A DNA stretch of 32,000 nt from Candidatus Saccharimonadota bacterium (lineage in GTDB: Bacteria > Patescibacteriota > Saccharimonadia > Saccharimonadales > UBA4665), in the NCBI GenBank assembly GCA_016699935.1, contig CP064992.1, positions 420,001-452,000 on the forward strand, read 5' to 3'. A model generated the notes under the pieces. It had not been told where the DNA came from and did not search any database. It worked only from the letters and a program-made list of their open reading frames with translations. Position numbers and translations under genes: made by a program. Of the stretch, positions 18,438-25,283 are shown piece by piece (position 1 is the stretch's first letter; each line of letters starts with the position of its first letter).

Positions 18438-19474
18438 GCCCCGAGATTTGGTACTTTTGTTTTGCCGATCGCGCCGGTCGCCTTATCACTTTGCCCCCAT
18501 GTACAGGCGGCATTTGTAGCCCGGAGTGCTTCCGGCATGCCGGAAGCAAACGGATAGTTTTGGGTGCAAAAGTTTGCGTTCGTCTTGTTGTTAAACCCAT
18601 CCTGGCATGCCTTTAGCTCCGCAGAGCTACCGCTATAACGGTCTTCGCATGTTCCAGGTTGGTTACCTTGACCAGGCGTGTAGTTACTAAGCCACTCCTG
18701 TCCCACTACTGGGTCTGCCGCAAGACTATTAATGCTCTGAACCACTGTGCGACAATTAACCTGTTGCGAGTTGTACATGTCTTTACGGCTTATAAGAGCG
18801 TTTGGATTGTACTGCCGCCTTTCGGTTACAAACGTTCCATCAGGTTGTAAGACCTTTACGTCTACGACATCATCGGCTAAGCCCTGGCTGGTGTTGTTGT
18901 CTTTTGCTTCACACTGATTCAGAAACCCGAGCCAAAGAAAATATGAATATTGCAACAGCTTACTATTGCCATATGCAGCAAAAACGTCAAAACCAGTGTT
19001 GGAGTTAATAATGGCTTTAACTTTATTGCCGGTAGCCTGGTTTGCATCGAGGGCAATCTGACTTGAGTTATTTAAGTCAGAGCATGTCCCGTCACGTCGT
19101 GCGCCAATATCACACAAAAAATTTAGAGCGTCCTGCGGGACTGACCATGGAATCCCGAGAAAACTAATGGCTTCTGTGGCGTAAGTCTTATCATTACATT
19201 TCCGCGGGTCTTTCCCCGTGAGGCCTGTCGCAATGCTATTGCCTGGCCCGACATTCATGCTGTTTACGCTGGCATCGCCACTCATGTCAATGCTGTAACT
19301 ACCGCTACTAAAGCAATTGACGAGCCATGAGCTGTAGTAGAAGGCGCGAGCTTTATCCCAGGGATAAGAAGTTGGGTTGATAGCCGCAAAAGCTTTCATA
19401 TTAGGTAGCAGAACCAGTACTGCTATGGCGGCAACTACAGATAGTCCCACAAAGAGTCGACGCAATTTGCTCAT
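18434..19474 (-). CDS. Secreted cysteine-rich protein of unknown family (candidate surface or pilus-associated component)
   Basis: 346 aa with signal peptide MSKLRRLFVGLSVVAAIAVLVLLPNMKAFA. About 12 Cys residues are spread through the mature part (VNCF, RKCND, FLCDIG, GTCSD, NQCEA, VNCRT, GTCED, KACQD, NFCTQ, AACTW). It has its own promoter-like element just after the 19541..19579 hairpin. Confidence 0.6.
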   Translation of the reverse strand: MSKLRRLFVGLSVVAAIAVLVLLPNMKAFAAINPTSYPWDKARAFYYSSWLVNCFSSGSYSIDMSGDASVNSMNVGPGNSIATGLTGKDPRKCNDKTYATEAISFLGIPWSVPQDALNFLCDIGARRDGTCSDLNNSSQIALDANQATGNKVKAIINSNTGFDVFAAYGNSKLLQYSYFLWLGFLNQCEAKDNNTSQGLADDVVDVKVLQPDGTFVTERRQYNPNALISRKDMYNSQQVNCRTVVQSINSLAADPVVGQEWLSNYTPGQGNQPGTCEDRYSGSSAELKACQDGFNNKTNANFCTQNYPFASGMPEALRATNAACTWGQSDKATGAIGKTKVPNLGA

Positions 19475-19540
19475 GGTTTAACTATACTATTAAAGCCGTT
19501 TTTACCACAAGGCCAATAGAATGCATACGTAGCTATGCTA

Positions 19541-19579
19541 CTAAAAGAAGCTGACATGCCATATGTCAGCTTCTTTTAG
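19541..19579. terminator. Bidirectional intrinsic-terminator-like hairpin between two T4SS-locus genes
   Basis: Perfect 17-bp inverted repeat ctaaaagaagctgacat / atgtcagcttcttttag with a 5-nt loop. The GC-containing core is followed by TTTTAG on either strand. It lies about 120 nt downstream of the 19702 stop. Confidence 0.6.
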
Positions 19580-19701
19580 TATGATTGGCGGGGCTTATGA
19601 ACCGAGCTCCATATAACCAGGCTGCTGGGGTGCATATGATCGCACCGAAACCCAGCGTGCTTCCGCGGGCTGGCCCGCTACAGCAGGAAACTTAACAAAT
19701 T

Positions 19702-20679
19702 TCATTTGCCTCTGGCGGTAGCCACCATCGTTGTAGAAGTTGATGCGCATTCCCTCTCAGGTTTGTCTGTTCGTGCGCTATCCATTGCGGTGTTGCGCTC
19801 GTAGCCATCATTTTGTGGATTTATTGCCTCCTGTGTTCGTAGAAGTGTAACTTTTCGGAGGAGGTCATCCTCTGGCAAGGCTGGGTCATCATAAATAGCG
19901 AAGAGGGTCTTGAGTGCAGTTTCGATCTTGGCTGGGTTAACAGTTGGGCTGCCATTGCGCGTCAGTGACCATGAGATTTCGGTATAGGTGGTTATCCACT
20001 GGTCGACTATTTCTTGTGCGGTATTTGTTTCTGAAGCAGGCGCCGGTTTCACATAACGGTCTATCTTGTGAGATTCGGCGACTTGTTTGCGGGTGTATGG
20101 CTCTTGGCCTTTTCGCATGAATTGCGCGAATAAACGACGCTCTTCTATGGGATACGCAAAATATGCCGGACCCCAAGGGGTACCGTTGAGCCTGTCAATA
20201 ATCTCCTTCTCGGCGGCAGTCAGGGAGTTGTACAGCGGGTTCGTCTCTACGCCAAGTATGTTCGCACTTGCCTCTGGAGTTAGGAGACCAGCGTCAGCAC
20301 CTTTGCGAGTTGGATCAATTTGTCTAGCGGCCGGTGCAGCCCCCTCTCTGCTACGAGAAAATGCATAGACTCCTCCTAATCCTGCTACTGCTAGCCCAAA
20401 AACGCCACCTAGTACTGCTCGTCGTGATGGACGACCAGCTGTGCCTTGTTGTTCGGAAGCTGTTGAAGGCGGTGGTAATGCTGGTGCCTCTTTGGTTTGT
20501 TGTTCGGGAGCTGTTGAAGGCTGGGTTGGTAATGCTGGTGTCTCGGCAACATCGGGTTGAAATGCCGCCTCCGTCGTTGTGGCAGCTAATGACGCAGCGG
20601 TTGTTTCACGAGACTGCTCGCTACCGACTCCTATGTCCAGTCGTTTCGGTTCAGGTTGTCTTATCACTACATCTGTCAT
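19702..20679 (-). CDS. Hypothetical bitopic membrane protein (first gene of the minus-strand T4SS operon) with a Pro-rich repeat-bearing N-terminus
   Basis: I prefer the ATG at 20679 (MTDVVIRQPE), which has AAGGA 6 nt upstream, over the GTG at 20700. The N-terminal ~95 aa are P/T/Q/A-rich and contain a duplicated PALP..PST(A)(P/S)EQQ unit. A segment RPSRRAVLGGVFGLAVAGLGGVYAF (one TM) follows, then a ~220-aa C-terminal domain of unknown family. Confidence 0.55.
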   Translation of the reverse strand: MTDVVIRQPEPKRLDIGVGSEQSRETTAASLAATTTEAAFQPDVAETPALPTQPSTAPEQQTKEAPALPPPSTASEQQGTAGRPSRRAVLGGVFGLAVAGLGGVYAFSRSREGAAPAARQIDPTRKGADAGLLTPEASANILGVETNPLYNSLTAAEKEIIDRLNGTPWGPAYFAYPIEERRLFAQFMRKGQEPYTRKQVAESHKIDRYVKPAPASETNTAQEIVDQWITTYTEISWSLTRNGSPTVNPAKIETALKTLFAIYDDPALPEDDLLRKVTLLRTQEAINPQNDGYERNTAMDSARTDKPERECASTSTTMVATARGK

Positions 20680-20731
20680 CTTATTCCTTTCGACAATCAC
20701 CCAGATTGTTCAACACATTATAATCGAAAAC

Positions 20732-20760
20732 ATTTTAGCATAAACATAACATATTGTCAA
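20732..20760 (-). promoter_or_regulatory. Near-consensus sigma-70-type promoter for the minus-strand T4SS operon
   Basis: The minus strand reads TTGACA (20760..20755), a 17-nt spacer, then TGc-TAAAAT (-10 at 20737..20732). It lies about 50 nt upstream of the ATG at 20679. Confidence 0.55.
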
Positions 20761-20814
20761 TGTGAGTTTTATCACTTTATTTCAGATTCTTTTAATGGGT
20801 TTTACGGTTGTGGC

Positions 20815-20843
20815 TTGAAGGAAGTCGCTGAGCATTATATAGT
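20815..20843 (+). promoter_or_regulatory. Candidate promoter for the pilin operon
   Basis: TTGAAG (20815..20820), a 17-nt spacer, then TATAGT (20838..20843). The first pilin ATG is at 20855 with no Shine-Dalgarno sequence between, so the 5' UTR would be very short. Confidence 0.4.
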
Positions 20844-20854
20844 GGTGCATAAGC

Positions 20855-21679
20855 ATGAACATGCGCACAAAAACACTTTTTGCTATTGTGGGGCTTATTA
20901 TAATGGGCACCGCTCTCATGTCGCTACCAGGGCGAGTATATGCGTCTGTGGGTGATGTGGCTAACTGCCCGACTGGCCAAACTAACTTGGTCAAAAGTCC
21001 CCGGACATGCTGCCCAACAGGTCATCATACTGATACTCAGGACTGTTTTGTCGCAAAATACGTGAACCCAGCAATAAAGTTGTTCAGCATGATTGCCGGT
21101 GTTGCAATAATTGCGGGAGTTATTATGGGGGGTATACAGTATTCTGCCTCAACAGGAGACCCGCAAAAAGCCGCCGCTGCGAAATCCAAAATATCCAAAG
21201 CGCTCGTAAGTCTTATGGTGTTTATGTTTTTATTCGCTGGTATCCAGTTTATGTCTCCCGGAGCGCTGAATAAAACCTCCACGCCAGCAGCTGGTACGGG
21301 ATCGCTTGCTACGCGTTGCTCAAAGCCGTTTCTTGGTCTTAAGCCTTGGTTCGCGTATCTCCCTGATGATGCCTTTGCGGATGGTTCTGGTGGGGGAAAG
21401 ACGTGTGATGTTACAAACTTTAAGCTTTTAGGAGACGACAGCACGAAGAGCCATTTACTACCAGTTGTGTTAGCGCTTGTCGATACACTCGTGCGAGTGG
21501 CTGGGCTTGTTGCGGTAGGGTTTGTGATTACTGGTGGGATTTTGCTGACGACGAGCCAAGGAGAGCCAGATAAAACTAAAAAGGCTCGCGAGACAATCAT
21601 TAACGCCCTAATTGGACTTGTTGTAGCTATAGTGGCTGCAGTGGTCGTATCTTACATAGGCGGGAGACTTTCGCAATGA
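20855..21679 (+). CDS. T4SS pilin (TrbC/VirB2-like, CPR/Gram-positive type), tandem two-domain form
   Basis: Signal peptide MNMRTKTLFAIVGLIIMGTALMSLPGRVYA, then a Cys-rich stretch NCPTGQTNLVKSPRTCCPTGHHTDTQDC. Two pilin cores follow: IAGVAIIAGVIMGGIQYSASTGDPQKAAAAKSKISKALVSLMVFMFLF and VAGLVAVGFVITGGILLTTSQGEPDKTKKARETIINALIGLVVAIVAAVV. Confidence 0.75.
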   Translation: MNMRTKTLFAIVGLIIMGTALMSLPGRVYASVGDVANCPTGQTNLVKSPRTCCPTGHHTDTQDCFVAKYVNPAIKLFSMIAGVAIIAGVIMGGIQYSASTGDPQKAAAAKSKISKALVSLMVFMFLFAGIQFMSPGALNKTSTPAAGTGSLATRCSKPFLGLKPWFAYLPDDAFADGSGGGKTCDVTNFKLLGDDSTKSHLLPVVLALVDTLVRVAGLVAVGFVITGGILLTTSQGEPDKTKKARETIINALIGLVVAIVAAVVVSYIGGRLSQ

Positions 21680-21975
21680 TTAAACTATTTGTTCGTCTTG
21701 CTGCAGACATTGACTATACGTCCTTGCCAAACACCGGAGCTACCGGTGATGTTGCGAAAGATTCTATCCCCGAGATACTCCGTATAGTATTTGGCATTTC
21801 GGGCTCTATTGCGTTCCTCATCATTGTTATTAGTGGGCTGAGATATATATTAGCAACCGGCGATCCTGCCAAAATGGCTCAAGCAAAAAAGGGAATCCTT
21901 TACGCGGTCATAGGATTGGTCATTGCGCTTTCTGGCTACTCAATCGTTACTCTAGTCGTAAGGGGGTTGTCGTGA
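21676..21975 (+). CDS. T4SS pilin paralogue (short form, no obvious signal peptide or cysteines)
   Basis: 99 aa with an ATGA overlap to the previous gene. Pilin core: ISGSIAFLIIVISGLRYILATGDPAKMAQAKKGILYAVIGLVIALSGYSIV. Confidence 0.7.
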   Translation: MIKLFVRLAADIDYTSLPNTGATGDVAKDSIPEILRIVFGISGSIAFLIIVISGLRYILATGDPAKMAQAKKGILYAVIGLVIALSGYSIVTLVVRGLS

Positions 21976-22391
21976 TTGGGGCAGTGGGCGTTCGCATACT
22001 CCGACGGGCCACCACGTTTGTGGTGATTTGTGCAGTCATGGGTGCGATTACGACGGCGTTTCCGAGTAGGGTAGACGCAAAAAGCATTATTAGTGACGCA
22101 TGTGCCACTGCACCAGATTCAGAAACTTGTAAAAGCGATAGTGCAAATGCTACTCAAAATCCGCTTACTGGGACTTCAGGCTTCATCTATAAGGTTTCTA
22201 GAATCGTTGCCCTGGTAGCAGGTATGGCGGCTATTATAGTAATAATAGTGAGCGGTATTCGCTACATGACATCGGGTGGAGATAGTCAGAAAATATCGTC
22301 AGCTAAGGGGACTCTGGTCGGTGCGGTTATAGGGCTGGTAGTTATTGTATTGGCGCAAGTAATAATAACGTTTGTAATTAAGAGGTTATAA
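21972..22391 (+). CDS. T4SS pilin paralogue
   Basis: GTG start in a GTGA overlap, with AGGGGG upstream. Signal-like N-terminus RRATTFVVICAVMGAITTAFPSRVDA. Cys pair in DACATAPDSETCKSD. Core: VAGMAAIIVIIVSGIRYMTSGGDSQKISSAKGTLVGAVIGLVVIVLAQVIITFVI. Confidence 0.75.
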   Translation: MIGAVGVRILRRATTFVVICAVMGAITTAFPSRVDAKSIISDACATAPDSETCKSDSANATQNPLTGTSGFIYKVSRIVALVAGMAAIIVIIVSGIRYMTSGGDSQKISSAKGTLVGAVIGLVVIVLAQVIITFVIKRL

Positions 22392-22394
22392 GAT

Positions 22395-22874
22395 ATGAAG
22401 CATGGTATAAAGGCGTTCTTCTGTGCCCTTGCGCTATCGATGGGCATAAGTGGTATTGTTGTGATTTCAGGCTCGTCCAAGATGGCTTATGCGCTGACAC
22501 CAAATCAACAGGCAGTCTGTGAGGCTATCGATAGTGGCGCTGACTGTAAAGATGATACTCCGGGGGGAGGAACCCAAATTGACTCTGTTATAAAAACAGT
22601 CGTTCGCATATTAGGTGTAGTCGCAGGCATCGTGGCGGTTATTATGATTATTGTTTCGGGTATTAAGTATATAAGCTCAGGCGGGGATAGTAGCAAGGTT
22701 GCGAGTGCAAAGTCGGCACTCGTGTACGCTATTGTTGGATTATTTATCGTTGCGTTGTCACAGGTAATCGTTCGCTTTGTATTAAGCCAATCTACCCAAG
22801 CAACCGTTACTTGTCCGCCCGGCCAATCTCGCAATGCTGATGGTTTATGCGTGATGAAAGTAGAAAAACTTTGA
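22395..22874 (+). CDS. T4SS pilin paralogue with an extra C-terminal Cys-loop extension
   Basis: AGAGG RBS. Signal peptide MKHGIKAFFCALALSMGISGIVVISGSSKMAYA. Cys pair in AVCEAIDSGADCKDD. Core: VAGIVAVIMIIVSGIKYISSGGDSSKVASAKSALVYAIVGLFIVALSQVIVRFVL. Tail: TVTCPPGQSRNADGLCVMK. Confidence 0.75.
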   Translation: MKHGIKAFFCALALSMGISGIVVISGSSKMAYALTPNQQAVCEAIDSGADCKDDTPGGGTQIDSVIKTVVRILGVVAGIVAVIMIIVSGIKYISSGGDSSKVASAKSALVYAIVGLFIVALSQVIVRFVLSQSTQATVTCPPGQSRNADGLCVMKVEKL

Positions 22875-22937
22875 GTTGAAACCATCAATCATAAGTGGTA
22901 TAAAGAAAGTAATCAAAAACGAAAGGAATTACTTAAT

Positions 22938-23369
22938 ATGATAAAAAACTTTAGGACCAAGCTCGCTATTTTTTTTGCAGGCGCAGCGCTTTTGGCTGTA
23001 CCATTGTTGGTGTCTACGCCAGCAAGCGCTGCTGTAGATATCGGCAAATGTGTTGGCCAGGGGGTGGATATAAATGGTGCAATTGACGGGGAATGTACCT
23101 CAACCTCAGATGAACCGGGTGCAGGAAATACAGATATTACTGATGTAATTACACTCATAGTGAATATTTTCTCAATAGTGGTTGGCTTTCTTGCGGTCAT
23201 TATGATTATTTGGGGCGGTCTGCGTTATATTACTTCTGGCGGTGATAGTGGCAAGATTACCACGGCAAAAAACACCATAATTTATGCACTCATTGGTCTT
23301 GTGATTGTCGCCCTTGCTCAGTTCATCGTTCGATTCGTACTTTCCAAAGCGGGCGATATCGCGCCGTAA
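22938..23369 (+). CDS. T4SS pilin paralogue
   Basis: AAGGAA RBS. Signal peptide MIKNFRTKLAIFFAGAALLAVPLLVSTPASA. Cys pair in GKCVGQGVDINGAIDGECTS. Core: VVGFLAVIMIIWGGLRYITSGGDSGKITTAKNTIIYALIGLVIVALAQFIVRFVL. Confidence 0.75.
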   Translation: MIKNFRTKLAIFFAGAALLAVPLLVSTPASAAVDIGKCVGQGVDINGAIDGECTSTSDEPGAGNTDITDVITLIVNIFSIVVGFLAVIMIIWGGLRYITSGGDSGKITTAKNTIIYALIGLVIVALAQFIVRFVLSKAGDIAP

Positions 23370-23390
23370 CATTGGGGTAGTTTGAGATTT

Positions 23391-23418
23391 AAAATGCCCG
23401 TTACATACGGGCATTTTT
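23391..23418 (+). terminator. Rho-independent terminator of the pilin operon
   Basis: 11-bp stem aaaatgcccgt / acgggcatttt with loop tacat. The T-run continues to 23418. It lies 22 nt after the pilin-5 stop. Confidence 0.75.
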
Positions 23419-23434
23419 CTTTGGATAATAATAG

Positions 23435-23461
23435 TATAGCCCTCCTTTGGGGAGGGCTATA
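23435..23461 (-). terminator. Terminator-like hairpin downstream of hsp20
   Basis: Stem tatagccctcc / ggagggctata with a 5-nt loop. It lies 20 nt beyond the hsp20 stop and is followed on the minus strand by AT-rich sequence. It is convergent with the pilin terminator. Confidence 0.55.
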
Positions 23462-23481
23462 AAACCATTCGCTGGGCAGCC

Positions 23482-23970
23482 CTAGACGACTTGGATTTTC
23501 TTTACGGTGTCTTGTTTGACTTTCGTGAAGCTAACGGTCAGGACGCCATCTTTTAGGGCGGCCTCGATGTCTTCTTCTTTCACTGGGACTGGTAGTGCGA
23601 TACTGCGGCTGAATTCACCCCAGTAGCATTCCTGAACGAAGTAGTTTTCAACTTGGTCTTCGTTGCCGGCGCTGAGCGTGCCGCGGATGCTGAGTGTATT
23701 GTCGGCGATGCTGACATCCAGATCGCCCTTGTTGACGCCAGCGGTGCGCGCTTTAACGACAAGCTTTTCTTTCGTCTCAAAGACGTCTACGGCGAGCTGA
23801 CCAGGCAAAACGGCTTCTTCGTCGCTCCACTCGTCGCTACTCCCATCGTCAACAGGCACATCGTCATCAGCCTGTGTGGCTGCTTGTGGCATAGCCTCGT
23901 CGCCCAAAAAGGCGGCGGTTAGTTCGTCTTCTTCTAGTAACAAATCGTCATCACGATTGCGTCGTGCCAT
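23482..23970 (-). CDS. Small heat-shock protein, Hsp20/alpha-crystallin family
   Basis: The start MARRNRDDD at 23970 has GGAGGG upstream. After an acidic N-terminal arm comes the alpha-crystallin domain: LAVDVFETKEKLVVKARTAGVNKGDLDVSIADNTLSIRG...GEFSRSIALPVPVKEEDIEAALKDGVLTVSFTK. Confidence 0.85.
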   Translation of the reverse strand: MARRNRDDDLLLEEDELTAAFLGDEAMPQAATQADDDVPVDDGSSDEWSDEEAVLPGQLAVDVFETKEKLVVKARTAGVNKGDLDVSIADNTLSIRGTLSAGNEDQVENYFVQECYWGEFSRSIALPVPVKEEDIEAALKDGVLTVSFTKVKQDTVKKIQVV

Positions 23971-24111
23971 AATAGTTATTACCCTCCGCCGGCATGCTTG
24001 CCGGATTACAAAATAGATAGCGTCTTGCGTGTTTGTATTAAATTCAGTATAACTGAGGCAAATAACAGCGTGCAAGACGGGCGCACTTATTTACAACGGA
24101 TTAATCACAAC

Positions 24112-24786
24112 ATGCTTCTATTTGAGAAACTTATCGGGCTCTATGCTCCCCACACGTGCCTAGGCTGTTTTGCAGAGGGCAATCGCCTTTTGTGTCTTTC
24201 GTGTCGGTCGGCAGTACCCCATGTTCCGTCACGCTGCTACCGCTGTCGAGCGGTCACAAGGGATTTTGCCGTCTGTGCGTCATGTCGGCGGTATACTCCC
24301 CTTCGCCATGTTACGGTGGCGATGTACTATGATGACCTTGCGAAAGAACTATTACATCATGCTAAGTACGAACGTGCCCGGAGTGGCATTGTTGAGATAA
24401 GTGAGCTCATGGCTCCCCTGCTCCAATCATTGCCAGCCGATTCACTTTTTGTTCCCGTGCCAACTGCGACGAGCCGCGTGCGTCAGCGTGGTTACGACCA
24501 GGCTGCCGTATTGGCGAAAGAGCTGAGTGCCGTATCGGGCTTAGCCAAGTGTGATGCGCTCGCGCGGCTTGGTCAAGCGCATCAGGTTGGTGCTGGCAGA
24601 AAAGAACGGTTAGAGCACCTCAAAGGGGCCTTTCGCGTCTTGAAGCCTAAGGATATAACTGGTAGACATATTATTCTCGTGGACGATGTCTTGACTACGG
24701 GCGCTACGCTGGAAACTGCCGCCCGCCTACTTAAGAAATCGGGTGCTCACCGCGTCGACGCTATTGTTTTTTGCCAAGCCGGCTAG
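24112..24786 (+). CDS. comFC: ComF-family protein (ComFC-type phosphoribosyltransferase-domain protein)
   Basis: N-terminal Cys-rich zinc-finger-like motifs (CLGC...CLSC...CYRC...CASC). C-terminal PRTase motif HIILVDDVLTTGATLETAARLLKKSGA. Confidence 0.8.
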   Translation: MLLFEKLIGLYAPHTCLGCFAEGNRLLCLSCRSAVPHVPSRCYRCRAVTRDFAVCASCRRYTPLRHVTVAMYYDDLAKELLHHAKYERARSGIVEISELMAPLLQSLPADSLFVPVPTATSRVRQRGYDQAAVLAKELSAVSGLAKCDALARLGQAHQVGAGRKERLEHLKGAFRVLKPKDITGRHIILVDDVLTTGATLETAARLLKKSGAHRVDAIVFCQAG

Positions 24787-24840
24787 CGTGCCACATGCTA
24801 AATGAGTCTCGGCCACTCCTGTACTCATTCTCTTCTATAC

Positions 24841-24880
24841 CAAGATAAAAGAGCCGCCAGCAGGCGACTCTTTTATCTTG
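24841..24880. terminator. Bidirectional terminator hairpin between comFC and tRNA-Ser
   Basis: 17-bp stem with one mismatch: caagataaaagagccgcc / ggcgactcttttatcttg, loop agca. The GC core is followed by TTTTAT on both strands. Confidence 0.6.
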
Positions 24881-24971
24881 GCGGAGAGAGAGGGATTCGA
24901 ACCCTCGCAGGGACTCTCGCCCCTCTAACGATTTAGCAAACCGTCCCCTTCAGCCACTTGGGTACCTCTCC
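24879..24971 (-). tRNA. tRNA-Ser (anticodon GCT), CCA encoded
   Basis: The minus strand reads GGAGAGGTACCCAAGTGGCTGAAGGGGACGGTTTGCTAAATCGTT...GAGGGTTCGAATCCCTCTCTCTCCGCCA. Anticodon loop is TTGCTAA, there is a long variable arm, the T-arm is GAGGG/TTCGAAT/CCCTC, and the acceptor stem pairs. Confidence 0.85.
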
Positions 24972-25128
24972 TTACTAAAGAGGGGCTGCCCCTCTGCTGC
25001 ACTGGTAGTAATGAATCCAACCAGTGTCTGCATACCTCCAGAAGCTCGGCTGTAGCCTCCGGTTCCCCCAGTCGTACTTTTCGTCTGGACTAGATTATTC
25101 TAACAGAAGACAGGGTATCTGTTAACAT

Positions 25129-25218
25129 TGGCGGAGAGACAGGGATTCGAACCCTGGGTACCGTTGCCGGCACACTTGTTTTCAAGACAAGCTCCTTCAA
25201 CCGCTCGGACATCTCTCC
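25129..25218 (-). tRNA. tRNA-Ser (anticodon TGA), CCA encoded
   Basis: The minus strand reads GGAGAGATGTCCGAGCGGTTGAAGGAGCTTGTCTTGAAAACAAGT...CAGGGTTCGAATCCCTGTCTCTCCGCCA. Anticodon loop is CTTGAAA, with a long variable arm. Confidence 0.85.
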
Positions 25219-25283
25219 ACTTTAACGAGTATAGCATATAGAAAACGGTACACTATACCGCTCTATGGTACACTGTAGAAAGT

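Noticed and set aside
717-22888. Long antisense or overlapping ORFs from the track, for example 717-1052(+), 7263-7496(-), 13196-13743(+), 20334-20723(+), 21037-21600(-) and 22505-22888(-)
   Set aside because: Each lies entirely inside, and antisense or out of frame to, a gene with strong family signatures. They lack an RBS and have skewed, low-complexity composition typical of shadow ORFs.
22969-22976. The T8 tract in the signal-peptide region of pilin 5 (and the A8 tract at 16073-16080 in the PrgI-like gene) as slipped-strand phase-variation switches
   Set aside because: Both tracts are in frame as assembled and encode Phe-Phe in hydrophobic segments. A similar A8 tract occurs in dnaA (3101-3108). 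With unreliable homopolymer calling there is no evidence of length heterogeneity. This is worth checking only if read data show it.
6298-23369. Calling the T4SS locus an integrative conjugative element or genomic island
   Set aside because: No integrase, relaxase, coupling protein, oriT-like repeat or flanking direct repeats are visible. There is no obvious compositional break by eye. The locus abuts recF and lies ~2 kb from oriC. The tRNA genes lie beyond hsp20/comFC, not at the locus border.
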